This document shows, in pieces, positions 20,136 to 30,264 of a stretch of DNA of 64,000 nt (position 1 is its first letter; each line of letters begins with the position of its first letter). This stretch comes from a virus. The notes beneath the pieces were generated by a model, which worked only from the letters and a program-made list of their open reading frames with translations, was not told the DNA's origin and ran no database searches. The stretch spans positions 1 through 64,000 of the IMG/VR virus record IMGVR_UViG_3300008448_011250. One strand, given 5' to 3'. Made by a program: the position numbers and the translations under genes.

Positions 20136-21818
20136 ATGCCAGTAGATTTATCTAGTTTATTAAGCGGATTAAATAATCATTTTACTAATCTAATGGAAGC
20201 TTCGCCAATTGTTGGCGAGTTAACTTCAGCTGTAACTGGCTTAGCTAATGCGACGTTGAATTTAAACAGCGAAACTAACAATTATCTTCGAGGTTTAGAT
20301 AAACAAATTGCATACAACGAAAAGTTATCAGAACGATACATTGAAGCTGCTAAACAAACGTTAACGTTAGAACGAAGAAATTCGCAACTTAATAAATCAT
20401 TCGGCGTTGGAGTACGACAAGCAGCAAAATTATCAGAATCATTTCAAGTTGTTGCAGAATCATTAAAAATATCTGGAGTACAAGTCGGAGCATATGCTGG
20501 ATCTATCAAAAAAATGGTGCCAACATTAAATCAAATGACCGAAGCTGGCGGCGACATGTATAAATCATTAGTACAAACGCAACATATACTTAGAACTAAT
20601 TTAGGACTAACAGAAGAGCAATCAAATGCATATACACAATACGCTGAACAAAATGGTAAAAGTTCTTCATCCATGTTGTTAGCAACTAAACAATTAGCAG
20701 AAACATTGGATCCAGATGGCACGATGGGTTATTTCAAAATGATCACCGAAGAGATTAGCGGAGCGACAGCAGACATTACATTGCAGTATGGTAAACTTCC
20801 TATGAATTTAGAAATGGCCGTGTTAAAAGCAAAAAAACTAGGTTTTGAATTATCTGATTTAGCCGATGCTGGTGGTCATTTATTAGAAATTGAATCGAGC
20901 ATCGGAGAAGAATTAGAATATCAACTTTTATCCGGCCGCAGACTAGTTGACAATCAAGGTAACAGTTTAACCAACATGTATCGAGAAGCAGCATTGCGGG
21001 GAGACATGAACAAGCAAGCTGATATCATGAATAATATTTTAGAAACTGAAGGCAAAACCATAGAAAATAACATGTTTGCTAGAAAACAATTAGCATTAAC
21101 GTTAGGTCTTGAAGAAACCCAACTTGCATCTGCATTGCAAAAGAAAAAGATTCTAGATAAAGCATCCGCTAGCGGCATTGATATAAATTTAGATGGTTCT
21201 AATGCAATGCAACAAGCTGCACAAGCGCTTGAAGCAGGCGCAATAGATGAAGCCGATTTTGAAGAATTAAAAAGAGCATCTGATACTCGTACTACCGAAG
21301 ACATCATGAAGCAACAACTTGATACATTGCAAGAAGCAAATATTCTAAGTTTATTACAATTAGAGCAATCAACTATGGTTGGAAAAAATCAAGACGATAT
21401 TTTAAACAATCTTTCTAACAAAAAATTTATGTTGGATGCAGTTAGTAGTTTTAAAGATTTAGGTGATATGAGACGACAACTTGCAGCAAAAAAAGGAGTA
21501 GAAGACGTAAAAACCGATTTTGAACAAGCAACACTAGGAAATGAATTGGAAGCGATAAAAGGAGGAGATGCTGTTATCACCCCAGGTTACGGAAAACGAG
21601 TATTAACATTCCCAGAAGATACCCTACAAGCACCAATTGCATTCAATGATAATGATACAATTGTAGCAGGAACAAATTTAGCTGGAAAAGGTGGAGGATC
21701 TGGCGGTGCAGATATGACAGCTGTAGTTGCAGAACTTCAAAAGGCTAACGCTCTGTTATCAAAAATGACATCGACACCAACATTTAGTGGCGGATTAAAT
21801 GCACCATATTACGGATAA
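20136..21818 (+). CDS. Tape measure protein
   Basis: Helical A/L/Q/E-rich sequence, IESSIGEELEYQLLSG motif, position after the chaperones. Confidence 0.75.
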   Translation: MPVDLSSLLSGLNNHFTNLMEASPIVGELTSAVTGLANATLNLNSETNNYLRGLDKQIAYNEKLSERYIEAAKQTLTLERRNSQLNKSFGVGVRQAAKLSESFQVVAESLKISGVQVGAYAGSIKKMVPTLNQMTEAGGDMYKSLVQTQHILRTNLGLTEEQSNAYTQYAEQNGKSSSSMLLATKQLAETLDPDGTMGYFKMITEEISGATADITLQYGKLPMNLEMAVLKAKKLGFELSDLADAGGHLLEIESSIGEELEYQLLSGRRLVDNQGNSLTNMYREAALRGDMNKQADIMNNILETEGKTIENNMFARKQLALTLGLEETQLASALQKKKILDKASASGIDINLDGSNAMQQAAQALEAGAIDEADFEELKRASDTRTTEDIMKQQLDTLQEANILSLLQLEQSTMVGKNQDDILNNLSNKKFMLDAVSSFKDLGDMRRQLAAKKGVEDVKTDFEQATLGNELEAIKGGDAVITPGYGKRVLTFPEDTLQAPIAFNDNDTIVAGTNLAGKGGGSGGADMTAVVAELQKANALLSKMTSTPTFSGGLNAPYYG

Positions 21819-21827
21819 GGATAAAAC

Positions 21828-23579
21828 ATGAGTATGCAAAACCCAACTTTGTCAGCGGCATCGCAATTTATTGGACCTTTCGATATATTGCCAAATGTTT
21901 TATATACTAATCCTACTACAGCTGTTACTACAATTGCACCGATACCAATTGGCAATAAAAATCCAACATATGAAGCTGATTACCAATTTACCGAACCATA
22001 CAGCGTACCGACAAGGCCGACTAGTATTTACATATTAAACCCAAACAGTCCATCATATACATATCTTGGAAAAGATGGAAAAACAGATTGGAAAACAAGT
22101 GCAGGTAATATTAAAGATATTAAAGGAAACGTAAAATCAGGTCCTAGTGCAATATGGAATCCAAGACCATTATCTAATACTAACATAACACTTGAAACTG
22201 TAGGAGCTAAAGCTGCAGCATTTAGTTTGTCGTCATTAGGTGGGTTTACTGGAATTCCATATGTAACACAAATAGGTCAAGCACAATTTGGACAATTTGG
22301 CGAAGACACATTATCTGGAGATTATGTAACGTTGTCAGCTGATCAATTAACAACAAAAAAGTTTCCATTATCTGCAATACTTTATCCGGATTTTAGATCT
22401 AGACTAGGGTTACAAAATGAATCAGATAAAACGAGTCAAGCAATACTAAGTTTTGTTGCATCAAAACGTTTTGATGGAGCTTCGGCGCTAACTCGCGGTG
22501 CAATTAGAGGTGGTATTTATGCTGCAGCATCTGCATTACCGGTAGGACCGTATAGTGCATTTAACAGAGAAACATTGTATGGTTGGGGCGAACATGATAA
22601 TCCTAATGCAATTCGTAGCGATTTTACATTAACAAGTCATGTTGCAACTACGTGGGATAAAACATTACCTCTTCCGCAGATATCAAATGGAAATATATCA
22701 AAACGAGCGAACGGAGATTTTATACCAACACGTAATCCTATAGCATTAGCAACACCATTCCGCGGAGATAAAATTTCAGTAATTGATTTTGGTAAAAGAA
22801 AATTAAAAAATGCATATGATTGGAAACGAAAATTTTTCACCGGAAAGCCAAAGTTAGATAACGTTGTACAAGCAATTGCATCCGTTACTGATTTAACGCA
22901 AGATTTTATAAAATTTTATTTTACCGGGCCTGCACTTCAAAACGGATTAGAAGATGCCGAAGATGACATAATTGTATTTAGAGCAGTTATAACTTCATTT
23001 TCAGAAAATTTTAATCCAGGTTGGACAGACGTAAAAATGATAGGTCGTGCAGATCCGAATTATACATATACTGGATATACTCGCGATGTATCAATTGATT
23101 TTGATATATATGCAACGGATCGGGATGAATTAAAACCAATTTATAGAAAACTTAATGCACTTGCCGGATATACTACTCCTATATATAGTGGCGAATCAAT
23201 TGCAATGCAAGCTCCATGGATGCGTTTAACAATTGGCGACTTATATGTGCAAACACCAGTTGTTATGAATTCATTAGCATATACATATGCAATGGATGCT
23301 CCATGGGAAATTAATATTGAAGATGATCCAACAATGATGCAAGTTCCGAAGAAAATTTCAGTATCATGTCAATTCAACGTAATTACAGACTACTTACCAC
23401 AAAAGGGCGGTCGTTTCTGGACATTAGCTAAGAAATTTGATGTAGATGGAACACCGGCTGCTGGCGGCGATAATTGGTTAAGTGATACATTTGGAAATAT
23501 TGATAGAACATTAATTGAAGAAAACAAACGAAAAACTCTAGCCGGCAAAGGAAGCAGGGGCGGAAATCAAACAAATTAA
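21828..23579 (+). CDS. Baseplate / tail tube initiator-like protein
   Basis: C-terminal FRAVITSFSENFNPGW..GRADPNYTYTGYTR..P.MRLTIGDL tube-like domain. Confidence 0.6.
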   Translation: MSMQNPTLSAASQFIGPFDILPNVLYTNPTTAVTTIAPIPIGNKNPTYEADYQFTEPYSVPTRPTSIYILNPNSPSYTYLGKDGKTDWKTSAGNIKDIKGNVKSGPSAIWNPRPLSNTNITLETVGAKAAAFSLSSLGGFTGIPYVTQIGQAQFGQFGEDTLSGDYVTLSADQLTTKKFPLSAILYPDFRSRLGLQNESDKTSQAILSFVASKRFDGASALTRGAIRGGIYAAASALPVGPYSAFNRETLYGWGEHDNPNAIRSDFTLTSHVATTWDKTLPLPQISNGNISKRANGDFIPTRNPIALATPFRGDKISVIDFGKRKLKNAYDWKRKFFTGKPKLDNVVQAIASVTDLTQDFIKFYFTGPALQNGLEDAEDDIIVFRAVITSFSENFNPGWTDVKMIGRADPNYTYTGYTRDVSIDFDIYATDRDELKPIYRKLNALAGYTTPIYSGESIAMQAPWMRLTIGDLYVQTPVVMNSLAYTYAMDAPWEINIEDDPTMMQVPKKISVSCQFNVITDYLPQKGGRFWTLAKKFDVDGTPAAGGDNWLSDTFGNIDRTLIEENKRKTLAGKGSRGGNQTN

Positions 23580-23582
23580 ACG

Positions 23583-23885
23583 ATGAGCAGATATTTAACA
23601 GCATTAACAGAACGAGATAAAGTAACAGAAAAAAGAAAATTATCAACTGTTATAATTCCCGCTGCCCCTATCCGGACAGATGATGTATATATAAAAACAA
23701 TTGGTGTAGAACGTTTAGATAAATTATCCTTATTGTTTTATCAAGATGCTGCATTTTGGTGGGTTATTGCTGCTGCAAATGGTTTAGGAAAAGGCACATT
23801 GCTTGTTCCATCGGGTATCAACATAAGAATACCAAGTTTTACAAACATGCAAAGTTATATTAATGAAACAAACTCATCACGATGA
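23583..23885 (+). CDS. Baseplate wedge LysM-like protein (gp53/gpX-like)
   Basis: ERLDKLS..FYQD..FWWVIAAANGL...G..IRIP. Confidence 0.8.
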   Translation: MSRYLTALTERDKVTEKRKLSTVIIPAAPIRTDDVYIKTIGVERLDKLSLLFYQDAAFWWVIAAANGLGKGTLLVPSGINIRIPSFTNMQSYINETNSSR

Positions 23886-26620
23886 ATATATTTTATACAC
23901 AAGTAGATACAAACTTACAAGAAGAATTAAATGCCCGGGGTCGAACTGGATTTCAAAATCGCACTACTAAAGCTATTGATTTCATGGTTGGAAAAATTGC
24001 TAATGTTGAAATAGTAGCATATGAAACGAGTAGTAGTCTTTCAGCTAAAATTGCAGTATTAGGAGGTCGAAACGTACAAATTGGTAGATATTTACCTAGC
24101 GGACCTGAAGGGTATTTAACAGATTATTCTTATAAACAAGAGTCAATTGATTTTTATACGCAAGATGATGTATCAATTGCTCAAACAAATGCAGGACTTT
24201 CTGGAAAAACTACTAATGCAAGCGTCGGCGATGCATATCTTAAACAGACAGAATTAACCGATCGTAGTAGACGTACCGGACCTTATATTACAACCGTCGA
24301 TGTTACAATTGGCGATCATTCCATGGGTTTATTAAATAAAGCTACAGTTAGCATTGTTATTCCAAACGTAGCCCGGGATTTAGATAATATTGAAGATGCA
24401 TGGTTTCGTCCCGGTCGTTATGTATCAATACGAATTGAACACCCTGAAACTGCCGTTGTAACAAGAACAGTTAACAATGCAGGAACTGTCACCGGCGGAC
24501 TATTAGCACCTAAGACATTACCTAATCCAGAGCGAATTAAAGAATTATATCCGGCGTGGGACGTTGATAAATTTCTTAAACAGTATTCAAAAATGAATGC
24601 ATTTATATTTGAAGGATTAATTACATCATTTGATTTCTCATATACAGCAGATGGAACTGTAGAAGCAACATTATCATTAACGGGTACTAGTAATGTATAT
24701 TCAGATGTGTCAATGTTTTTAACAGATCCTAAAAAAAATGAAAAAGATTCAACAAAAACTACTAATACTGAAAACTTTAAAGTAGCCCCGACAGGGTCAA
24801 CCATTCCTTCATTATCAGGAGTCGGGCCAGATCAAAATGTAGATCAATTAGTTGAATTGATATATAATCGTATTAATACAATTATAGATAAGTTTAAATT
24901 AAATTGCGATGCTGCAAAATCATTTACAGATTTTATATTACCATTTTCACTTAATGATTCATTAACGGAACACAACGATTTATTTTTACTAGTAGGTAAC
25001 CAAACATTACCTAAAATACAATCAGTACAAATTCCAGATGCAAACAATGAATATAAATATGCGGGTAATATTAAAAATAAAATCATACAAGTAGCTAAAC
25101 TAGATAAAACGGAAAGAGCTAAAGCATTATCAATTCCAGCTTCTGGTTCTACACCTGCTATACCGCGAGATCCTGCATCTATACCAGATGCATCTACATT
25201 AATTGATCCAGTTACTAGTGCAACCGGCTTACCGACATTAACTGCAGATAGTACTATTGACGATGTTAACAACGTTGTTCAAATTTTAAGCTTTAATGGG
25301 TTGATAACTGCAGAAGAAAATGATCGTTTTGAACGAGATTTAGAAAGAGCAAAAAATGAACAACAAGCAGCTATAGATCTTGCAATTAAACAAAATACGC
25401 AAAGAGATGAATTTATTAAAAAATTTAATACTAGTCCAGAAGCTACTTATAATTTTAATCGTTATATTACATTAGGTGCGTTAATCTATATAATTAATGA
25501 AGAAATTATTAAAAAAGCTGCAACGCCTGGTCAATTAGCTCAAATTATACATACAGATGAATTATGTTTTAGTAATTATTATCCTAGATTAGTATCAACA
25601 CGTCCCGAAGATATATTATTTCTACCAGAAAAACCAGATGCATTTAATGATATGAATTCATATGGCACAGATGCGGCAGTTGGATTGGTATATTATAAAA
25701 ACGTTGTTAAACAATTTAATGATACGGGCTTATCTCGCGAATCATTAAAAAACTCCGGATTTAAACCATGGCCCGGTGTTTATAAAAAAGCTGATTCGTC
25801 AACGGGCGTTATGTATCCTAGTAGAATTTTTATTAATATCGAATCAATTAATCGCATAATTAATGCAATAACTGCTCAAGGAAAAAATGCATTTACAATA
25901 AAAACATTTATAGCAAACATATCAGATTTAGTTTCCAAATGTAGTGGAAATGCAATAGATTTAAAATTAGTATCATATCCTGACGATCAAAACAAATTGT
26001 TATTAGCAGATACGCGATATTTAAAATCTAAAAATGAAACAGTAATACCGTATTCAGTTCCAATGTTTGCAAATCACCCGAATGGAAGCGTAGTATTAGA
26101 ATTTTCTTTCACAGCAAAATTACCAGAAAATGTTAAAAATTTATCTTATGTATTAAATCAGGGTGATACTGTAACAGAAGAACAAATTGCACCTTATATG
26201 AATTTCATGTATAATTCAAAAAATCCAGAACAAATTAATAAAGCATTAAATTTATATCGAGAAAAATTTAATGAATCTATAAAACAATTGGAAGAAGCTA
26301 GAATTAATTATGGTGCATCCCCTGGAGTTCCGGAACGAGCACGAGCGTTATACAAAGCTATTACTAGTTATATCAAGTATCCAACAAATGATATTAAAAC
26401 ATCTCAACAAATAACTGCTCCAATATTTCCTTTTGAAGTTAAATTTACAATTGATGGAATCAACGGATTACGTTATGGCGATGTATTAACATTTGACGCG
26501 TTGCCTAGTAAATATCGAGAAAATACGGTATTTAGTGTTATAGGACTAACGCATACGGTTTCAACCGAAGGGGATTGGCGAACTGAAGTTAGATGCATAA
26601 TGAGACCTAGTATAGATTAA
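23882..26620 (+). CDS. Baseplate hub-like protein
   Basis: GLITSFDFSY..DG and C-terminal FTIDGINGLRYGD..LP..Y..F.V....H.VS..W.TE; synteny. Confidence 0.6.
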   Translation: MNIFYTQVDTNLQEELNARGRTGFQNRTTKAIDFMVGKIANVEIVAYETSSSLSAKIAVLGGRNVQIGRYLPSGPEGYLTDYSYKQESIDFYTQDDVSIAQTNAGLSGKTTNASVGDAYLKQTELTDRSRRTGPYITTVDVTIGDHSMGLLNKATVSIVIPNVARDLDNIEDAWFRPGRYVSIRIEHPETAVVTRTVNNAGTVTGGLLAPKTLPNPERIKELYPAWDVDKFLKQYSKMNAFIFEGLITSFDFSYTADGTVEATLSLTGTSNVYSDVSMFLTDPKKNEKDSTKTTNTENFKVAPTGSTIPSLSGVGPDQNVDQLVELIYNRINTIIDKFKLNCDAAKSFTDFILPFSLNDSLTEHNDLFLLVGNQTLPKIQSVQIPDANNEYKYAGNIKNKIIQVAKLDKTERAKALSIPASGSTPAIPRDPASIPDASTLIDPVTSATGLPTLTADSTIDDVNNVVQILSFNGLITAEENDRFERDLERAKNEQQAAIDLAIKQNTQRDEFIKKFNTSPEATYNFNRYITLGALIYIINEEIIKKAATPGQLAQIIHTDELCFSNYYPRLVSTRPEDILFLPEKPDAFNDMNSYGTDAAVGLVYYKNVVKQFNDTGLSRESLKNSGFKPWPGVYKKADSSTGVMYPSRIFINIESINRIINAITAQGKNAFTIKTFIANISDLVSKCSGNAIDLKLVSYPDDQNKLLLADTRYLKSKNETVIPYSVPMFANHPNGSVVLEFSFTAKLPENVKNLSYVLNQGDTVTEEQIAPYMNFMYNSKNPEQINKALNLYREKFNESIKQLEEARINYGASPGVPERARALYKAITSYIKYPTNDIKTSQQITAPIFPFEVKFTIDGINGLRYGDVLTFDALPSKYRENTVFSVIGLTHTVSTEGDWRTEVRCIMRPSID

Positions 26621-26624
26621 AAAT

Positions 26625-27242
26625 ATGGCACGTTTAAAATTATATTATCCCGCAGAAGAAATTACTAATAATCTTTATACATTTGGTTCGGAATTAATGA
26701 CTGAAGATAATGTAGAATATGTAGGTCCGTTTCATCGTTATGTTACTGGTGAAGTATATACTGGTTCAACTTGGAACGCAAAAACATCAAAAAAATTAGT
26801 TGTATTTCAACAACAAAATAAAATAACAATTTACAATACACTAAAACCAGATATAAAAGTAAAGTATATAACGCCAAAACGCATACAGCCGCAAATAACA
26901 TCAGCTGATATTTCGAGAGGTTCGATTCAACGTTATTTTATTTGCAAACAAAATGAACGCATTATTTTTGAAGTAGATGCCGCACAATACAATGACTGGA
27001 CTAGCAATGTTATTGATAATAAAATATACATTGCAACGCGTATTGAATGGACAATAACGGGGCCTATACAAGATTCACAAAAAGGAAACGTTTTAATACC
27101 AGGCGCTACAACTAAAAATATACAACAAATAAAAGTTGCAACACGTACGATTCCAGCAATTGCTTCAATTTTAACAGACCCTTTAGAATTCTATACAGAT
27201 ACGGATTACATTGCACCCGTCGACATTAACGGTTTGAAATAA
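26625..27242 (+). CDS. Hypothetical (probably structural) protein
   Basis: LYT.G.E...EYVGPFH..YTG and RYF motifs; end of the tail operon. Confidence 0.6.
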   Translation: MARLKLYYPAEEITNNLYTFGSELMTEDNVEYVGPFHRYVTGEVYTGSTWNAKTSKKLVVFQQQNKITIYNTLKPDIKVKYITPKRIQPQITSADISRGSIQRYFICKQNERIIFEVDAAQYNDWTSNVIDNKIYIATRIEWTITGPIQDSQKGNVLIPGATTKNIQQIKVATRTIPAIASILTDPLEFYTDTDYIAPVDINGLK

Positions 27243-27261
27243 GAAAATAATTTCATATATT
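27233..27261 (+). promoter_or_regulatory. Sigma70-like early/middle promoter TT(T/G)G(A/T)-N18-TATA(A/T)T, representative copy
   Basis: Same spacing at 15600, 27233, 30921, 33995, 37536, 44200, 51037 and 55412. Confidence 0.7.
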
Positions 27262-27268
27262 ACCATTA

Positions 27269-28591
27269 ATGATAGTGGATTGTATAGAAGATGCCCAAAG
27301 TACATTACAAGCAGTTTTAAATCGACGTGCATTGTTAGTACCAATATTTTCTAGCCCTACCCATCATGTTACGCAAAATCCGTTATGTGCTATATACATT
27401 TATACGGAAGATGATGTAGAACGACTAATACCGATACGACATACTGAACAGATAAGGGGCTTTTCAGAACTTGTCCCGGAGTTCTTAGCATTAGAGAATA
27501 TCTTTGTTCATGACAAGAAGCAGTGGTTACAAACGGGAGGTAATGGTGCTGTATGGGATGTTAAAACATTGTGGTGGTATACATACGGTGAAGCATATGA
27601 TGAAAGTCATTATCCAACCACAGCACACAATTTTTATTGGAGACGTCACGCTGCAATGCCACAAGTAAATGCAATTGTTCCTTTACAGCAACATTTAGCA
27701 ATGTGTCAAAAGATACGACACTATGCCTGGCCAATGTGTGTTAATGCAGAACGATCAGAATCCTATTTGCAATTTAATGCAACATATCCAGAAGTATTTG
27801 CAACGTTGGAATCTGCAGGATTAGCAGTTAATGAAACATTTCGAATGCCAGAATTGATACATAAAGGACAAGTATATTCACAATACAATTATCACACCAC
27901 AACGGGTCGTCCTAGCAATGCATTTCGAGGATTCAATTTTGCGGCAATGAATAAAGAAGATGGAACCAGAGCAGCATTTTGCAGTCGCTTCGATAATGGT
28001 GCACTAGTAGAAATGGACTTTGATTCATATCACGTTAGATTGATTGCTCGATTAGTAGGATATGCATTGCCCGCATCATCGATTCATGATTACTTAGGAC
28101 GATTTTATTTTGACACTGCAGAATTAACAGATACTCAACGTGAAGAAAGCAAAGCAATAACATTTCGTTTGCTATATGGAGGTATCGATCGAGAATTTTT
28201 AGCAATACCATTTTTTGAAAAAGTAAATGCATTTATATATGAGTTGTGGTCTAAATGGAAATCTAGAGGATACATTGAAACACCCGTACTTAAACGGCGA
28301 TTAACTGCAGACACATTAAAAAATATGACAGCAAACAAATTGTTTAACTACTTTTTGCAAGCTGTTGAAACGGAAGTATCCGTACAAAAGTTACGGCAAG
28401 TACAAAATGTATTAAACCCAATGAAAAGCAAAATGGTGTTATATACATATGACTCGGTACTTTTTGATATTGAATATACAGAAGCAAAAACATTATTACC
28501 AACTATTAAGAATATGTTAGAACAAGGAAACTTTCCGGTTAAAACAAAAGTTGGCGATATTTATGATAAAATGAAAACTATATCTCTATGA
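27269..28591 (+). CDS. Compact family-A DNA polymerase-like protein
   Basis: TTTGRPS, motif A EMDFDSYHVRL, motif B R..SKAITFRLLYG, NYFLQ, motif C YTYDSVLFD. Confidence 0.85.
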   Translation: MIVDCIEDAQSTLQAVLNRRALLVPIFSSPTHHVTQNPLCAIYIYTEDDVERLIPIRHTEQIRGFSELVPEFLALENIFVHDKKQWLQTGGNGAVWDVKTLWWYTYGEAYDESHYPTTAHNFYWRRHAAMPQVNAIVPLQQHLAMCQKIRHYAWPMCVNAERSESYLQFNATYPEVFATLESAGLAVNETFRMPELIHKGQVYSQYNYHTTTGRPSNAFRGFNFAAMNKEDGTRAAFCSRFDNGALVEMDFDSYHVRLIARLVGYALPASSIHDYLGRFYFDTAELTDTQREESKAITFRLLYGGIDREFLAIPFFEKVNAFIYELWSKWKSRGYIETPVLKRRLTADTLKNMTANKLFNYFLQAVETEVSVQKLRQVQNVLNPMKSKMVLYTYDSVLFDIEYTEAKTLLPTIKNMLEQGNFPVKTKVGDIYDKMKTISL

Positions 28592-29844
28592 CCATAGATT
28601 CAATTTTAACAGAATGGAGTTACAGATTACCAAAAGGTTATCCTACTCGTTCTAAAGATTATGAATTGTTATATCATGTTATTCTAGAAATGACTGAATT
28701 AACACCGTTAGAAGCTCGTGCCGTAGTTAATCGTGCACAAGGCGTAATAACAGAACAAGTAGAATTTTCACAATTAAATTTATCTGATGATTTAACTCAA
28801 CAGATACAAGATCGATATGAAGATTTATCTCCGCAAGAAAAACTAGAATTTGAAAAAAATTATCGACAACATACCGTTGATTCTTTTATGTCAAGCGGAT
28901 ACAAATCATTTACTAAATTTTATGATATTTTACCAACCGGCAAATCTGCAGCAGGTATGGGTAAAGGTGAAATTGAAATTTTATTAGCAGTAAAAGATTC
29001 ACAACCTGGAGGAACGGCATCTCATGATATTATTATGCCCGGTGGAGAATGGGAAGTTAAAGAAATCGGTAAATTACCCAGACCTACCAAATCTGGAGAA
29101 ATGGGTAAAGCACCAGAAGGAAAAACATTTCGTCCTGCAAAATCAGGAATGCCAGTTGACGGTGACTTATTAACGCAGACAGTAAACTTTTTTAATGATA
29201 TCATAAAGCCATTAGCTGAAATGGGTGATTCATTTGAAGAATTAAAAGATCTAGTAGATCCGCATTCTTGGAAACAATTAAATGATTTGATTCAAGTATT
29301 AGAAAAAGTATTTGTTCCATTAATGGATAATGTAGCTAGTACAGAAATAAGTTACAAAAGCGGTTGGGCTCAAATGTATCGGGGTTGGCAATTAATCCAT
29401 GAAATTTTATGGAAATCTGAATTAGATGCAGATATACGAGATACTAGATTAACAATCAAAACTGGAAGTCAAACATTATCATATTGGATAACAGCAGAAG
29501 ATTTTGAAAAGATACAACAAGGTTCCGGCGAGCAAAATGAAGTTTCTATTAAAATAGGACAACAAATTAGCAACGAAACAAATAATGCAGCAATTTGGTT
29601 TAATAAATTAAAACATAATGATTTAGTTCGTAATCCAAATTACATGATACAATTATTGAATACTACAAAAAATAAATTCTTTGAAGGAATTTTAGGACTG
29701 ATTGCATACGATGTTAATAATCCAGGAATTCCGATTGTAACGGACGCAACGGATTGGGCTATTATAGGATTATCTCAAGGAATGTGGGTATTTGGATTGA
29801 AAGCAGTATACCCTAAATATGAATTTATACAACAACAATCGTAA
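28588..29844 (+). CDS. Hypothetical protein with putative PD-(D/E)XK nuclease-like core
   Basis: GKGE...HDI......EVKE arrangement; late motif upstream; N-terminal ILTEW. Confidence 0.5.
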   Translation: MTIDSILTEWSYRLPKGYPTRSKDYELLYHVILEMTELTPLEARAVVNRAQGVITEQVEFSQLNLSDDLTQQIQDRYEDLSPQEKLEFEKNYRQHTVDSFMSSGYKSFTKFYDILPTGKSAAGMGKGEIEILLAVKDSQPGGTASHDIIMPGGEWEVKEIGKLPRPTKSGEMGKAPEGKTFRPAKSGMPVDGDLLTQTVNFFNDIIKPLAEMGDSFEELKDLVDPHSWKQLNDLIQVLEKVFVPLMDNVASTEISYKSGWAQMYRGWQLIHEILWKSELDADIRDTRLTIKTGSQTLSYWITAEDFEKIQQGSGEQNEVSIKIGQQISNETNNAAIWFNKLKHNDLVRNPNYMIQLLNTTKNKFFEGILGLIAYDVNNPGIPIVTDATDWAIIGLSQGMWVFGLKAVYPKYEFIQQQS

Positions 29845-29856
29845 GGATGAGGACGA

Positions 29857-30243
29857 GTGAAAACACAATTACTTTGCACATTTGCACATAGATCGGATTT
29901 AAACATAATAACCGAATACATACAACAAAGCTACACGATACCAGAAAGACGAATCTTTGTATTTTCAAATGCAGAAGCTACAGACAATTTGTATTGCACA
30001 TACAATGCAGATGCTGGAACACAAAGAGGACAAAATACTATAAGCATACATCGAAAAAAAGAAACAAACACATTGTATACAGTAAATGCTTTGAATGAGA
30101 TAATTCGAATTGTAAACAACGGAGTGTTAGACAAAACTTACCAATTGGATTGGACGATGTATGAAAATTCTTTTATCCTTACTGATGAAGGAGGCTATCG
30201 CATAATTCCACTTGTTTTCTTTAAGAAAATTACCTGGAAGTAA
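29857..30243 (+). CDS. Hypothetical protein
   Basis: GTG start after GAGGA; motifs QLLCTF and HRKKETNTLYTVNALN. Confidence 0.75.
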   Translation: MKTQLLCTFAHRSDLNIITEYIQQSYTIPERRIFVFSNAEATDNLYCTYNADAGTQRGQNTISIHRKKETNTLYTVNALNEIIRIVNNGVLDKTYQLDWTMYENSFILTDEGGYRIIPLVFFKKITWK

Positions 30244-30264
30244 TATTTATATATAGGAACAGTC

